From Anaerolineae bacterium (GTDB lineage: Bacteria > Chloroflexota > Anaerolineae > Epilineales > JAHCIE01): 64,000 nt of DNA. The stretch's first letter is position 1. Each line of letters begins with the position of its first letter. The stretch covers positions 2,273 through 66,272 of the forward strand of contig JBDHWG010000002.1 of the NCBI GenBank assembly GCA_039810085.1, in the 5' to 3' direction. The position numbers and the translations under genes were made by a program. Below are positions 44,676-54,327 of the stretch, in pieces. Under the pieces are notes generated by a model. It worked only from the letters and a program-made list of their open reading frames with translations, did no database searches and was not told where the DNA came from.

Positions 44676-46784
44676 ATGCTCACCAACATCCGAAGCAGTG
44701 CCGCCTACCTTATGCGCCCAGCCGAGATCTTGCGCGCCGAGCCTCTGCTCCGCCTGCGCTTCGATCTGATTGCCGGGCTGACGGTCGCCATCGTCGCCCT
44801 CCCCCAGGCCATCGCCTACGGGGTCGCCGCCGGGGCAACACCGGCGATGGGCCTGTATGCAGCCATTGTCGCGCCCATCGTCGCGGGTCTGTGGGGGTCC
44901 TCCAACCAGACTTTTACGTCGCCGACCAACGTCACAGCTCTCCTCGTCTTCTCGAGCCTATCCGCTATCGCCACACCAGGGACGCCCAACTTCCTCGTCG
45001 CGGCGGGGCTGACGGCGGCTCTAGCCGGCGCAATCCAGTTGATTCTAGGACTGGCTCGGCTAGGCATGTTGGTCAATTTCATCTCGGACTCGCTCCTGGT
45101 GGGCTTTGCAGCCGGCGCTGGCATCCTCCTGGCGATCAATGAGTCGCGCCATCTGCTCGGTTTGAGCTTCAGCAGCGCGAGCGTGGTCGAGACGATACAA
45201 CGCGAGCTGCTGAACCTTCCCCAGATAAGCGTGCCTACCCTGGCTATCGGGCTGGGAACCATGGCGCTTATGGTGGTCATCCGCAAAGTACGACCACGCT
45301 GGCCCGCGACGGTGATCTCTCTCTCCAGCGTGTGCCTTGTCGTATTCGTTCTCGGCTTGAACAACGCCGGCGTGAAGGTGATCGGCCCGTTTCCACAGGG
45401 CTTGCCCCCCTTCCAGCCGGTTCCCCTCTTTGACTTGAACCTTGTCGCCGAGCTGGCGCCCGGCGCGCTGGCAATCGCCGCCGTCGGCCTGATCCAAACC
45501 ATGGCTATCGCCCGCTCGATGGCTATCGCCACGGACCAGCAGATCGACAACAACCAGGAATTCGTCGGCCAGGGGCTAGGCAACATCGCGTGCGGCTTCT
45601 TCACTGGCATCCCGGTCTGCGGCTCAAACTCGTGCTCGAGCATCAACAACCAGGCAGGCGCGCGGTCCGCGCTGTCATCCGTCTTCGCCGGTGTGTTCAT
45701 CCTTGTCGCCATGCTGCTCCTGTCACCCGTTGGCGCGTACATGCCGCGAGCCGCTCTGGCGGGCGTGCTCATCATCATTGGTATCGGCATGGTGGATCGC
45801 GCACAGATCGCCCACATCTGGCGCAGCAGCCGTGGCGACGCGGCCATCATGCTCGTGACGTTTGCAGGCACGCTGTTCCTCCGCATCGACTTCGCCGTCC
45901 TGGCGGGCATCATGATGTCCCTGGCATACTACATCCTACAGACCAGCGCGCCTAGGGTGAGAGCCGTTGTGCCGGACAATGACTTCCGCCATTTCATTCA
46001 CCAGCCGCACAAGCCGCAGTGCCCGCAACTCGGTATCCTGGACATCCTGGGCGACCTGTACTTCGGCGCCGCCAGCAATGTGGAGAACGCCATCCGCGCC
46101 CAGCGCCGCGCCCACCCGGCACAGCGCTTCCTCCTCCTGCGCATGCACAGCGTCCACCGATGCGACATCACCGGCATCCGCGTACTCCAGAGCGTCGTGC
46201 GCTACTACCGACAGGAAGGTGGCGACGTATTCATGGTGCGAGTCCATACGCCGGTGCTGCATTTCATGCGCTCCTCTGGGTTTTTTGCCTACCTGGGCGC
46301 TGACCATTTCCTGTCCGAGGACACCGCCATCGAGTACCTGTTCTACCATGTCCTGGACCCGGCGGTGTGCATCTATGAGAGCGACGTCCGGGTGTTCCGC
46401 GAGTGCCAGAACCTGCCCCGCTACGTCCCCACCGTCGAGATTACGCTGCCCAAGGCCACAGCGAGCGATGTCCCCAAAGTCGCGCCGCGCGAGCTGTGGC
46501 AGCAATTGCACAGCGGCGCACCGCCCATCGTCATCGACGTGCGCGAACCGCGCGAGTTCCAGCAGGGTCACATTCCGCAGGCGCAGCTCCTGTCCCTCCC
46601 TATGCTCGTCGCCGAGCAGCCGCCCCTGCCCCACGACAAGCCCATCGTCTTCGTCTGCCGCATTGGCCGCCGCAGCGCGCGAGCCGCGCAGCTCTACCGA
46701 CAGAACGGATATACGAACGCCGCCGTGCTGGACGGCGGCATGCAGGCTTGGGAAGCCGCCCGGCTGCTCCAGGCTGTGGCTTAG
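44676..46784 (+). CDS. SulP-family anion transporter fused to STAS and C-terminal rhodanese domains
   Basis: Trimmed to ATG 44676 (MLTNIRSSAAY..). SulP signature region (LIAGLTVAIVALPQAIAYG). STAS-like middle region. C-terminal rhodanese with the CRIGRRS active-site loop. Confidence 0.85.
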   Translation: MLTNIRSSAAYLMRPAEILRAEPLLRLRFDLIAGLTVAIVALPQAIAYGVAAGATPAMGLYAAIVAPIVAGLWGSSNQTFTSPTNVTALLVFSSLSAIATPGTPNFLVAAGLTAALAGAIQLILGLARLGMLVNFISDSLLVGFAAGAGILLAINESRHLLGLSFSSASVVETIQRELLNLPQISVPTLAIGLGTMALMVVIRKVRPRWPATVISLSSVCLVVFVLGLNNAGVKVIGPFPQGLPPFQPVPLFDLNLVAELAPGALAIAAVGLIQTMAIARSMAIATDQQIDNNQEFVGQGLGNIACGFFTGIPVCGSNSCSSINNQAGARSALSSVFAGVFILVAMLLLSPVGAYMPRAALAGVLIIIGIGMVDRAQIAHIWRSSRGDAAIMLVTFAGTLFLRIDFAVLAGIMMSLAYYILQTSAPRVRAVVPDNDFRHFIHQPHKPQCPQLGILDILGDLYFGAASNVENAIRAQRRAHPAQRFLLLRMHSVHRCDITGIRVLQSVVRYYRQEGGDVFMVRVHTPVLHFMRSSGFFAYLGADHFLSEDTAIEYLFYHVLDPAVCIYESDVRVFRECQNLPRYVPTVEITLPKATASDVPKVAPRELWQQLHSGAPPIVIDVREPREFQQGHIPQAQLLSLPMLVAEQPPLPHDKPIVFVCRIGRRSARAAQLYRQNGYTNAAVLDGGMQAWEAARLLQAVA

Positions 46785-46799
46785 AGGATCCACCGAGAC

Positions 46800-47771
46800 A
46801 TGCAAAGCAACAACACCACCGCCCGCAATTGGGGATTGGACCTGGGACGCGCAACCGAGGCGGCCGCCATTGCCGCTGGCCGCTGGATGGGCTTCGGTCA
46901 GCGCGATGCCGCCGACACGGCCGCGGCCGAGGCCATGTACGACGCCCTGAATGCCCTGGACATGGACGGGACCATCGTCATCGGCGAAGAGGCCCGCCAC
47001 AGCGGGATGTCCTCGCTGGCTACAGGCCGCCAGATCGGCCAGGGCGGGCCGGCGCTTGATATCGTCGTAGATGCCGTGGACGGCCTCAACCTGCTGGCCC
47101 TCGGCCACGCGGGGGCGATTGCCGTAGCCGGCGCGACGGCGCGCAACACCATGTGGTCGCCCGCGCCAGCGGTCTACGTCGATAAGATCGTGGCAGACCG
47201 TGACCTGGCCGGCGCGCTTGTTCCAGAGTGCATGGACGCGCCCGCCGCCTGGACGCTTGCCCTCGCCGCTAGGGTCAAGCGCAAACAGGTACGCGACCTG
47301 GTGGTGTTCGTCCTGGACCGGCCGCGGCACGTCCACCTCATCGAAGAGATCCGCAGGGCGGGCGCGCGCATCATGTTGCGCCGCGACGGCGACATCGCCG
47401 GCGCGCTGCTCGCTGCCTCGCCAGACAAAGGCGTCGATCTTCTCATGGGCATCGGCGGCGCGCCGGAGGCCGTCATCGCGGCGTGTGCCGTCAAGGCGCT
47501 GGGCGGGGCGATGCTGGTGCGCCTGGCCCCCCAGAGCGAGGCAGAGCGGGCAGAAATCGAAGCTGCCGGCCTCGATACGCGCCGTATTCTGAGCTGCGAC
47601 GAGATGATTACCGGCGACCAGGTGTTTTTCGCCGCGACCGGCATCACCGATGGCAATTTACTGAACGGCGTGCGTTATCAGGGCAACAAGGCTGAAACGC
47701 AATCCCTCGTCTTGCGCTGCGATAGCCGCACGCGCCGCCACATCTACACCGAGCATTTCCTCCAGGAGTGA
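46800..47771 (+). CDS. glpX: Fructose-1,6-bisphosphatase class II
   Basis: 323 aa: ATEAAAIAAGRWMG.., IVIGEE.., DAVDG.., GIGGAPE, typical of GlpX. Confidence 0.9.
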   Translation: MQSNNTTARNWGLDLGRATEAAAIAAGRWMGFGQRDAADTAAAEAMYDALNALDMDGTIVIGEEARHSGMSSLATGRQIGQGGPALDIVVDAVDGLNLLALGHAGAIAVAGATARNTMWSPAPAVYVDKIVADRDLAGALVPECMDAPAAWTLALAARVKRKQVRDLVVFVLDRPRHVHLIEEIRRAGARIMLRRDGDIAGALLAASPDKGVDLLMGIGGAPEAVIAACAVKALGGAMLVRLAPQSEAERAEIEAAGLDTRRILSCDEMITGDQVFFAATGITDGNLLNGVRYQGNKAETQSLVLRCDSRTRRHIYTEHFLQE

Positions 47772-47949
47772 GCCACATTACAGTTTTCGACGCATTGCAG
47801 CATTTTCTGGCACTCCCAACACGGGCGATGTATAATGGGGGCAGCGCTCGAACACGCACGCCGACAGCATTTGAATAGCCTGCGGCGGGGCGCCGTGGGT
47901 GCGTTGGCGGGCAACATCCAACCCAGGCATTGCAAGGAGGCATACCAAA

Positions 47950-48360
47950 ATGAAAATACGAGTGCTATTTATTCTATCGGCGCTTTTGATCGGCGCTGTT
48001 GTCCTCGCAGCATGTGGCGGTGGTGGCGGCGGCGCTGCGTCCTCGTCCGGCGGGCAGCAGGCGGCGGCCAAGTCGGCGGGTGATTCGGCGCGCGGCAAGA
48101 CCGTATTCACCCAGACCTGCGCCTCGTGCCACGGCCCGACCGGCCAGGGCATCCAGGGTCTCGGCAAGGACTTCACTAAGAGCGAGTTCGTCAAGAGCCA
48201 GACCGACCAGCAGCTCGTCGATTTCGTCAAGAAGGGCCGCCCCGCGTCTGACCCGGCGAACACGACCAAGGTGGACATGCCCCCGAAGGGCGGCAACAAC
48301 TCGCTGACCGACAAGGACATCCTCGATGTCGTCGCCTACGTCCGCACGCTTCAGAAGTAA
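47950..48360 (+). CDS. Lipoprotein class I c-type cytochrome
   Basis: Start at ATG 47950 after AAGGAGG. Lipobox LAAC. Haem motif CASCHG with a distal Met region (KVDMPPKG). Confidence 0.8.
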   Translation: MKIRVLFILSALLIGAVVLAACGGGGGGAASSSGGQQAAAKSAGDSARGKTVFTQTCASCHGPTGQGIQGLGKDFTKSEFVKSQTDQQLVDFVKKGRPASDPANTTKVDMPPKGGNNSLTDKDILDVVAYVRTLQK

Positions 48361-48414
48361 AGTTTCCTGATTCAAACACTGGGGGCAGCGAGCCAAGTCG
48401 CTGCCCTCACTCTT

Positions 48415-49176
48415 TTAGATGTCTTCCCCTTCTCGGCGCCTATGCGCCTCGGCACTTCCTACCCATTCCTTCGGCCAGGCAGATAGCCCGCGTGCTGGAC
48501 GCGCAGGAGCTTGCGCCTGCCCGGTGAGCCGCTGGCGCGTCTGCACGATCCAATGGCGGATCGGCGGCACGCGCACCAGCAGCAGCGCCGTCAGAATCAC
48601 GGCGTAGCGCAGCGGGTCACCATACACCCCCGCCTTGCCCTCCCACACAAAGTGGAGCACGGCCAGCACGCCCGCCGCGTACACCAGCCAGTGCAGCCGA
48701 ATCCAGTTGCGCTTGAGCCGCCGCTGCCATCCTTTCGTTGAAGTGATAGCGAGCGCCGTCAGAATGAGCAACGCCCCCAGCCCCGCCACGATGTACGGCT
48801 TGTTGAGCAGCGCGTCTTGCAGGGCCATTTGCAGGTTAAAGGCGTAGTCCAGCCCGATGAAGTTCAGGAAGTGGAGCAGGGCATAGAAGAAGGCGTACAG
48901 GCCCAGCGCGCGGCGGACGGTCACCGGCTTGCGGTAGCCGAAGACGATGTAGACCGGCGTCGCTGCCAGGCTCGCACCCAGCAGGATGATCGCCGCTCGC
49001 CCGGTGAGGTCGTTGATGGTCTGGATCGGGTCCACGCCCAGGTCATGGTGGGTGTAGCGCCACACCAGCAAGGCCAGCGGGTACAGGCCCGCCAGGTGCG
49101 CGAGCAGCCACAGCCACCTGTCCCGAACGACGTCGAGCCGGGACGGTTGCGGGTGGGCGACGCGAGCAGGATGCAT
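48415..49176 (-). CDS. msrQ: Protein-methionine-sulfoxide reductase haem-binding membrane subunit (YedZ-like)
   Basis: Ferric-reductase-like TM domain with conserved His residues. Its start overlaps the msrP stop by 1 nt (TAATG). Confidence 0.8.
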   Translation of the reverse strand: MHPARVAHPQPSRLDVVRDRWLWLLAHLAGLYPLALLVWRYTHHDLGVDPIQTINDLTGRAAIILLGASLAATPVYIVFGYRKPVTVRRALGLYAFFYALLHFLNFIGLDYAFNLQMALQDALLNKPYIVAGLGALLILTALAITSTKGWQRRLKRNWIRLHWLVYAAGVLAVLHFVWEGKAGVYGDPLRYAVILTALLLVRVPPIRHWIVQTRQRLTGQAQAPARPARGLSAWPKEWVGSAEAHRRREGEDI

Positions 49177-50171
49177 TAGAAGTTGGCCTTCAGGTCCATG
49201 CCCTCGTAGAGCGACGCAACCTGGCTGCCGTAGCCGTTGAACATGAGCGTCGAGCGCCGCCCCAGTTCGCCGATGCGCCGCTCGGTCGCCTGAGACCAGC
49301 GCGGGTGGTCCACCTGCGGGTTGACGTTGGCGTAGAAGCCGTACTCGTCTGATGCTGCGGTCGACCAGGCTGTCGCAGGCATCGTGTCCGTTAGCTCAAT
49401 CTTGGCGATGGACTTAGCGCTCTTGAAGCCGTACTTCCACGGCACGACCAATCGGATGGGCGCGCCGTCCTGGTTAGGCAGCGGCTTGCCATACATGCCC
49501 GTGGCGAGGATCGTCAGCGGGTGCATCGCTTCGTCGAGGCGCAGGCCCTCAGTGTACGGCCACGGGAGAATACTCGCGTGCTGCATGGGCATCTGCTCTG
49601 GCCGATAGACCGTAACAAACTTGACGAACTTTGCCTGGGACGTCGGCTCGACCATCTTGAGCAGGCTTGCCAGTGGGAAGCCGACCCAGGGAACCACGAA
49701 CGACCAACCCTCGACGCAGCGCAGGCGGTAGACGCGCTCCTCGTGGGGGAATGTGGCGTAGATATCCTCCATCGAGAACGAGCGCGGCTTGCCCACCATC
49801 CCGCTGACCTCGACCGTCCACGGCAGCGGCTGGAAGCCCTGCGCCCGGTCGCCTACGTCCTCCTTATTGAGAGAGAACTCGTAGAAGTTGTTGTAGTTCG
49901 TGACCTGGTCGTAGGGGTTGACGACCGCGCCCAGCTCGTCCGTCTTGGCGCTGACGAACGGGTCGGCGTGGGCCAGCTCAGCGGGCAGCTTCGCAGACAC
50001 GGGCGGCGCGGCCGGCGACGCCGCTGCCTTCGGCTGCGGTGTGCTCCCAAGCGGCGCGCCACACGCCGCCAGCAGGAACGCGCCCGCCGTCAGCACCGCG
50101 CCCTTCATGAACTGACGCCGATTGATGTACAGAAATTCGGGTGTAATCTCGTCGCGTCCGATGTCACTCAT
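49176..50171 (-). CDS. msrP: Molybdopterin-dependent protein-methionine-sulfoxide reductase catalytic subunit (YedY-like)
   Basis: Tat-type signal [17 protein letters not shown]. Oxidoreductase molybdopterin-binding core ([10 protein letters not shown]). Confidence 0.85.
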   Translation of the reverse strand: MSDIGRDEITPEFLYINRRQFMKGAVLTAGAFLLAACGAPLGSTPQPKAAASPAAPPVSAKLPAELAHADPFVSAKTDELGAVVNPYDQVTNYNNFYEFSLNKEDVGDRAQGFQPLPWTVEVSGMVGKPRSFSMEDIYATFPHEERVYRLRCVEGWSFVVPWVGFPLASLLKMVEPTSQAKFVKFVTVYRPEQMPMQHASILPWPYTEGLRLDEAMHPLTILATGMYGKPLPNQDGAPIRLVVPWKYGFKSAKSIAKIELTDTMPATAWSTAASDEYGFYANVNPQVDHPRWSQATERRIGELGRRSTLMFNGYGSQVASLYEGMDLKANF

Positions 50172-50223
50172 CGCCCAGCCCTCCTGAGAACCCTGGCGCT
50201 TCAGCCCTTTCTCTCACGTTTCA

Positions 50224-50252
50224 AGTATAGATACGTGTTTTCCCGCTTACAA
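50224..50252 (-). promoter_or_regulatory. Candidate sigma70-type promoter of msrPQ
   Basis: The minus strand reads TTGTAA - 17 nt - TATACT, about 50 nt upstream of the msrP ATG. Confidence 0.45.
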
Positions 50253-50400
50253 GGACATGGCTTTCACCCGTATTACGCTTATCTTAACAAACGCTATTCG
50301 GCTTACCAATACTTGGTGGCGTAGTGGAACCGAGATTTAGAGGCAGACATTCTCTCTCTTCTTTCCTCCGCTGCGACTACCCTGAAAAATAAGCCTAGGT

Positions 50401-50469
50401 TGTCATGCCGACGAAGGAGGCATCTGGGCTGCCGCAGTCCAGACCCCTCACTTCGTTCGGGGTGACAGC
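50401..50469. repeat. Family A palindromic repeat
   Basis: TGTCATGCCGACGAAGGAGGCATCTGGGC ... CTTCGTTCGGGGTGACAGC is homologous to 6679..6751. Confidence 0.75.
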
Positions 50470-50632
50470 TGTTTTCATGCGCAATGGTGAACCACAGGTT
50501 CATGGATAACTCTGCGTTTCTTTTCTCTTAGACGGCCAGAGGGCGCTCGGCCGGGGTTGTCGCCGTGGTACGGTTATTGATGCTCTCCGCAGGTTCCTGG
50601 TATTTTGTACTGGATTCACAATGGAGAAACTT

Positions 50633-51097
50633 ATGCCCAAGACACGTACCCCGCGTCGCCTCCTGGCAGCGGCGGCCGTCGTTCTGTCCCTGGCCGTCGG
50701 CGCCTGCGCCAACCAGGCCGGGCCGCAGCCCGCGCCCACGACACCCATCTCCGCCGTCGCACCCACCGCAGCCGCCTTGCCTAAGAACGCGCTATCGACC
50801 ACCGTTCCCGCCAACACCCTGACCACTGCCACACCGGCCACCTCTGCCGCGAGCCGAGCGACGCCCGCCGCGACCTCGGCGCTGCCGACCCCCTAGTCGC
50901 GCAAAGGGCCAGAACCGCTCGTCCACAACGGCACAAGGAACGTGCCCTCCATCCTGCTCACGCCCGTTGCCGTGACCAAGGATAACATCAAGGACACCGT
51001 CGTCAAGGACGCCTTCGTTGGGGCGGGTTTGAAACCCGCCCCAACGGCGTTGTCTCTTGCCGTATCGCATGCGGCTCCATTGCGTCATCTTTTGTAG
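50633..51097 (+). pseudogene. Remnant of a solute-binding lipoprotein gene (signal, lipobox and linker fused to a C-terminal tail; internal TAG at 50894)
   Basis: MPKTRTPRRLLAAAAVVLSLAVGAC plus a Pro/Thr/Ala linker, then TAG. The same frame continues ..NVPSILLTPVAVTKDNIKDTVVKDAF, which resembles the C-terminal tail of sugar-type periplasmic binding proteins. The central ~250 aa are missing. Confidence 0.4.
51017..51045. repeat. Short perfect palindrome GTTGGGGCGGGTTTGAAACCCGCCCCAAC (family E)
   Basis: 12-bp stem with a 5-nt loop. It translates as ..GAGLKPAPT.., a repeat type I associate with Chloroflexota genomes. Confidence 0.6.
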
Positions 51098-51147
51098 GTC
51101 TACACCCTAAGTGTAACAGTTCATCATCTTGCCGTGAATAACGCCCT

Positions 51148-53901
51148 ATGCCCACCTATCGCCCTACCTATCGCCGCCTCCTCCCGCTCCTGGCCCTCCT
51201 GGCCTTCGCTCTCTGCCCACCCGCTACTCATGCAGCGGCTGCCGCCTTCAAAACCTTCCCCCCCTTCGGCGGCGACACTGTCCTCCCCGTCCCTGCCGAC
51301 TTCGACGGCGACGGCCTCACCGACATCGCCACCTTCGACCCTGCCTCTGGCCTCTGGTCCTACCTCCCCTCCTCCTCTGCCTTCACCGGCGACCCCCGCA
51401 TCGCCGCCAACGCCTTCACCTTCCCCGACGCCCAGCCCATCCTCGGTGACTTCGATGGCGACCTCCGCGACGACCCCGCCCTCGTCTTCTTCAACGGCTC
51501 CCGCTGGGTCGCCGCCCTCCACACCTCCAGTGACGGCCTCACCCACTTCTACCCCTTCCCCGTCGGCGCCCCCACCTTCACCGCCTTCGTCGCCGATGTT
51601 GACGGCGATGGCCGCGCCGACCCCCTCGTCTACCGTCCCGCGACGGGCGCGATCTACGCTCTCCTCTCTAGCCACGGCTATCGTGGCGACGATGCCTTCT
51701 TCGCCACCTACACCGGCATCCCTTACGGCAAGCCCTTCGTCGTGGACTACGACCACGGCGTCGGGAGCAAAGACGATACGCAGGGGGCCTATCTCCGTGG
51801 CCGCGACTTCCTCGACGACCTGGCCGTCCTCGGTGAGAACGGCACGATCTATATCGTGACCTCGCACTACGGCATGTACAACAACATGGTGCGGCTGGAC
51901 GGGCTGGCCCAGGGGGACGACACGCCGGTCGTAGGTGACTTCGACGGCGACGGGATCAAGGATGTGGCGGTGTATCGGTCAGGGAGTGGGGAGACCAGGG
52001 GGCAGTTTCGGGCGCTGCTGTCGAGCCGCGACTTCAGCCTGGAGGCGATGCTGACGTACACTCTTGGCGCCAGTGACGTGACAGCGAATGATGTGCCGGT
52101 GGTGGGGCGCTACGACCTGGACTATAAGACGGACTTCGGGGTATACGGGCGGGGGACGGCGAAGGCGGGGCAGTGGCAGGTGGCGTTCAGCGAGGGGAGC
52201 CTGAACGCGCCGACGACGACGTACCCGTCGAGCCGCTACGGCATGGCGATGGCGAACTGGGATGACAGCCTCAAGACCTGCTATGCTGGCGGATTGGGCG
52301 TTGGGGATGTCAACGGCGACGGTGTCGCACCGGGTGACGTTATCCCCTGCTCGCGGGACATGTACTACGAGGCGGACGGCGTCTCGGAGATGGCGCAGAC
52401 GATGACCCGCGACGGTGTGACCTACCGTTTGAACCCCTACGCGATGGATGTGGCGTGGGGCAACTTCCTCGACCCGCGCGCTAACAACCTCCTGTTCATG
52501 TTCAAATACGTGGGGGCGACAGCGCCCATGACCGACGCCCAGCGCGGCTCGTACCTGAGTTACCCGCACGATGTCCCAGGCGCCATCCAGGTGCAGTTCG
52601 ACCCCGTCGCGTGCCGCCCGAACGCCGACGATCACTGTCAGGACCCCGACGGCGGGCGGCGCCTCGTGCTCACCAACCACTCGGCCATCTGGAAGCGGGC
52701 CGAGCTGAAGCGCTGGCTCATCCAAAATCGCCAGGGGCCGTCCCACGACCCGCGCCGTTGGTACACGTTTCTCGTCGGCTCGGAGATGGACTTTTACGCC
52801 CAGACTAGCCCGGACACCTACACCCGCATCCTGCGCGACTACACGCGCTTTCTAATCGAGGTGCGAGATGAGATCAAGGCGCAGTACGGCATCACCGTCC
52901 ACCCGACCATCGTCCTTAGCTCGGCCGCGGTCGGCTGCAACTTCAACGTGCAAGTCAACGCCCTCTGGTGCAACTACCGCCACGCCGACACGACCGACGA
53001 AGACACCTGGGCGCCAACGGCGGCGTACTACACCGCCGTCCTGCAGCGGATGACGCGCCCGGTGGATATCGACTTTGATGGTGATGGGACGATGACCGGC
53101 GACTATGAGCACTGGAGCCAGGTGGACGCCGACCACTTCTCGGAGCTATTTACATCTTATTCCCTGGACCCCTTCATGAACCATCCCATCGATGGGGATG
53201 CCTTCCTCGGCCAGCCGGGCCACCCCGGCCTATCCGCCGTTCAGGCGTTCGGGTCTGCCTTCGCCGACGTGATTCGTCAGACGGCCGAACGCTTCTACAA
53301 CCTGCCGGGCTGCTGGAATGCGTCGGCCGGTCAGTACGAGGCGTGCCGCCGCCCGACGGTGCTGCCCCAGCTCGGCGCCCACTACTATGGCTTCCCCGCC
53401 GAGAGCTGGTATGGCGCTTTCTGCCCCACGACGCCGCCTGACCAGGTGTGTAGTGATATCGATACGCCGCCATACGACGACGTGCGCTACACAGTCCTCT
53501 ACAATGTCGCCCGGCTGACGCAGGCCGCCCTCGCCGACCTTGACCGCAACCCCGGTCACGTCACAGCCTGGGCGTACTGGGATGGCGTCGATACCCCCTA
53601 CGCCATCGACCCCACGTCCCACAAAGTCTGGGGCAGTCTGCACGCGGGCCTGGAGCCTCTGATCGACTGGGACCGTGTATGCGACGGTGGCGGCTGCCGC
53701 AAGGCCAATGTCCGCCTGACCCCGCTGGGCGAGGTCTACTTCGCGCTCGCCGCCGGCGACCCCAACTTCGCGCCCGGCCCGTTCACCTACGTCGGGAACA
53801 ACGACCCTATCAGCGGCGCAATGACGATTCAGCTCACCCGGCCAACGTCCTGGTGGCCGTCAGCAACCAGTGTCCGAAGCAGCAAGAAGCCCAGGGGGTG
53901 A
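51148..53901 (+). CDS. Secreted FG-GAP/VCBS-repeat protein with a large uncharacterised Cys-rich C-terminal domain
   Basis: Signal peptide. Repeated DFDGDG(L/R/I)xD..(V/A)xY/F units. The C-terminal ~550 aa match no family I recognise. Confidence 0.7.
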   Translation: MPTYRPTYRRLLPLLALLAFALCPPATHAAAAAFKTFPPFGGDTVLPVPADFDGDGLTDIATFDPASGLWSYLPSSSAFTGDPRIAANAFTFPDAQPILGDFDGDLRDDPALVFFNGSRWVAALHTSSDGLTHFYPFPVGAPTFTAFVADVDGDGRADPLVYRPATGAIYALLSSHGYRGDDAFFATYTGIPYGKPFVVDYDHGVGSKDDTQGAYLRGRDFLDDLAVLGENGTIYIVTSHYGMYNNMVRLDGLAQGDDTPVVGDFDGDGIKDVAVYRSGSGETRGQFRALLSSRDFSLEAMLTYTLGASDVTANDVPVVGRYDLDYKTDFGVYGRGTAKAGQWQVAFSEGSLNAPTTTYPSSRYGMAMANWDDSLKTCYAGGLGVGDVNGDGVAPGDVIPCSRDMYYEADGVSEMAQTMTRDGVTYRLNPYAMDVAWGNFLDPRANNLLFMFKYVGATAPMTDAQRGSYLSYPHDVPGAIQVQFDPVACRPNADDHCQDPDGGRRLVLTNHSAIWKRAELKRWLIQNRQGPSHDPRRWYTFLVGSEMDFYAQTSPDTYTRILRDYTRFLIEVRDEIKAQYGITVHPTIVLSSAAVGCNFNVQVNALWCNYRHADTTDEDTWAPTAAYYTAVLQRMTRPVDIDFDGDGTMTGDYEHWSQVDADHFSELFTSYSLDPFMNHPIDGDAFLGQPGHPGLSAVQAFGSAFADVIRQTAERFYNLPGCWNASAGQYEACRRPTVLPQLGAHYYGFPAESWYGAFCPTTPPDQVCSDIDTPPYDDVRYTVLYNVARLTQAALADLDRNPGHVTAWAYWDGVDTPYAIDPTSHKVWGSLHAGLEPLIDWDRVCDGGGCRKANVRLTPLGEVYFALAAGDPNFAPGPFTYVGNNDPISGAMTIQLTRPTSWWPSATSVRSSKKPRG

Positions 53902-53931
53902 CCCTGGGCTTTTCCCTCCCACTCGCTGACG

Positions 53932-54195
53932 CTAGAGTACGCGCCGCCTCGTCCCGCTGATTAATCGAAGGACGAACAGTAGAACTACTGCGCCGACGAA
54001 AGCTACGAGGATTTGCCCTGGCAGACCGGCCCACGGCGAGGCGAGGTGCAGCGCCGAGAACAGCCAGCCGCCGACGAATGCGCCGACGATGCCGACGATG
54101 ATGTCACCGATGATCCCGTAGCCAACGCCCCCCATCACCAGACTTGCGAGGAAGCCGGCGATCAGGCCGACAATGAGCCATGTTAAAATATCCAT
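53932..54195 (-). CDS. GlsB/YeaQ/YmgE (transglycosylase-associated) family small membrane protein
   Basis: 87 aa: [33 protein letters not shown]. Confidence 0.8.
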   Translation of the reverse strand: MDILTWLIVGLIAGFLASLVMGGVGYGIIGDIIVGIVGAFVGGWLFSALHLASPWAGLPGQILVAFVGAVVLLFVLRLISGTRRRVL

Positions 54196-54327
54196 CGCAA
54201 AATCTCCTCTTCATCACTAGCCAAAGTGGAAATCCGTCAGTCTACCTCCCTAAAAGCAACTTGCATGCCAGATGTAGCGCGGGCTTGCCTAGAATTGTAC
54301 ACAGCGGACTTTAGAAGGAGCCAACCC

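Noticed and set aside
45936-47336. 466-aa minus-strand ORF spanning the SulP 3' end and glpX
   Set aside because: Shadow ORF crossing two well-supported plus-strand genes.
50172-50400. Looked for a Moco riboswitch or other structured leader upstream of msrP
   Set aside because: I could not recognise the conserved Moco-motif elements by eye. Only a promoter-like TTGTAA-17-TATACT is evident. An Infernal scan would be needed.
50303-50503. 66-aa minus-strand ORF (..CHPERSEGSGLRQPRCLLRRHDN..)
   Set aside because: This is a translation of the family A palindromic repeat, a typical spurious 'hypothetical protein' generated by repeats.
51124-51867. 247-aa minus-strand ORF and 241-aa plus-strand alternative-frame ORF at the start of the FG-GAP gene
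   Set aside because: All frames are open here because of the repetitive GC-rich DFDGDG coding. Only the 51148 frame has a signal peptide and repeat logic.
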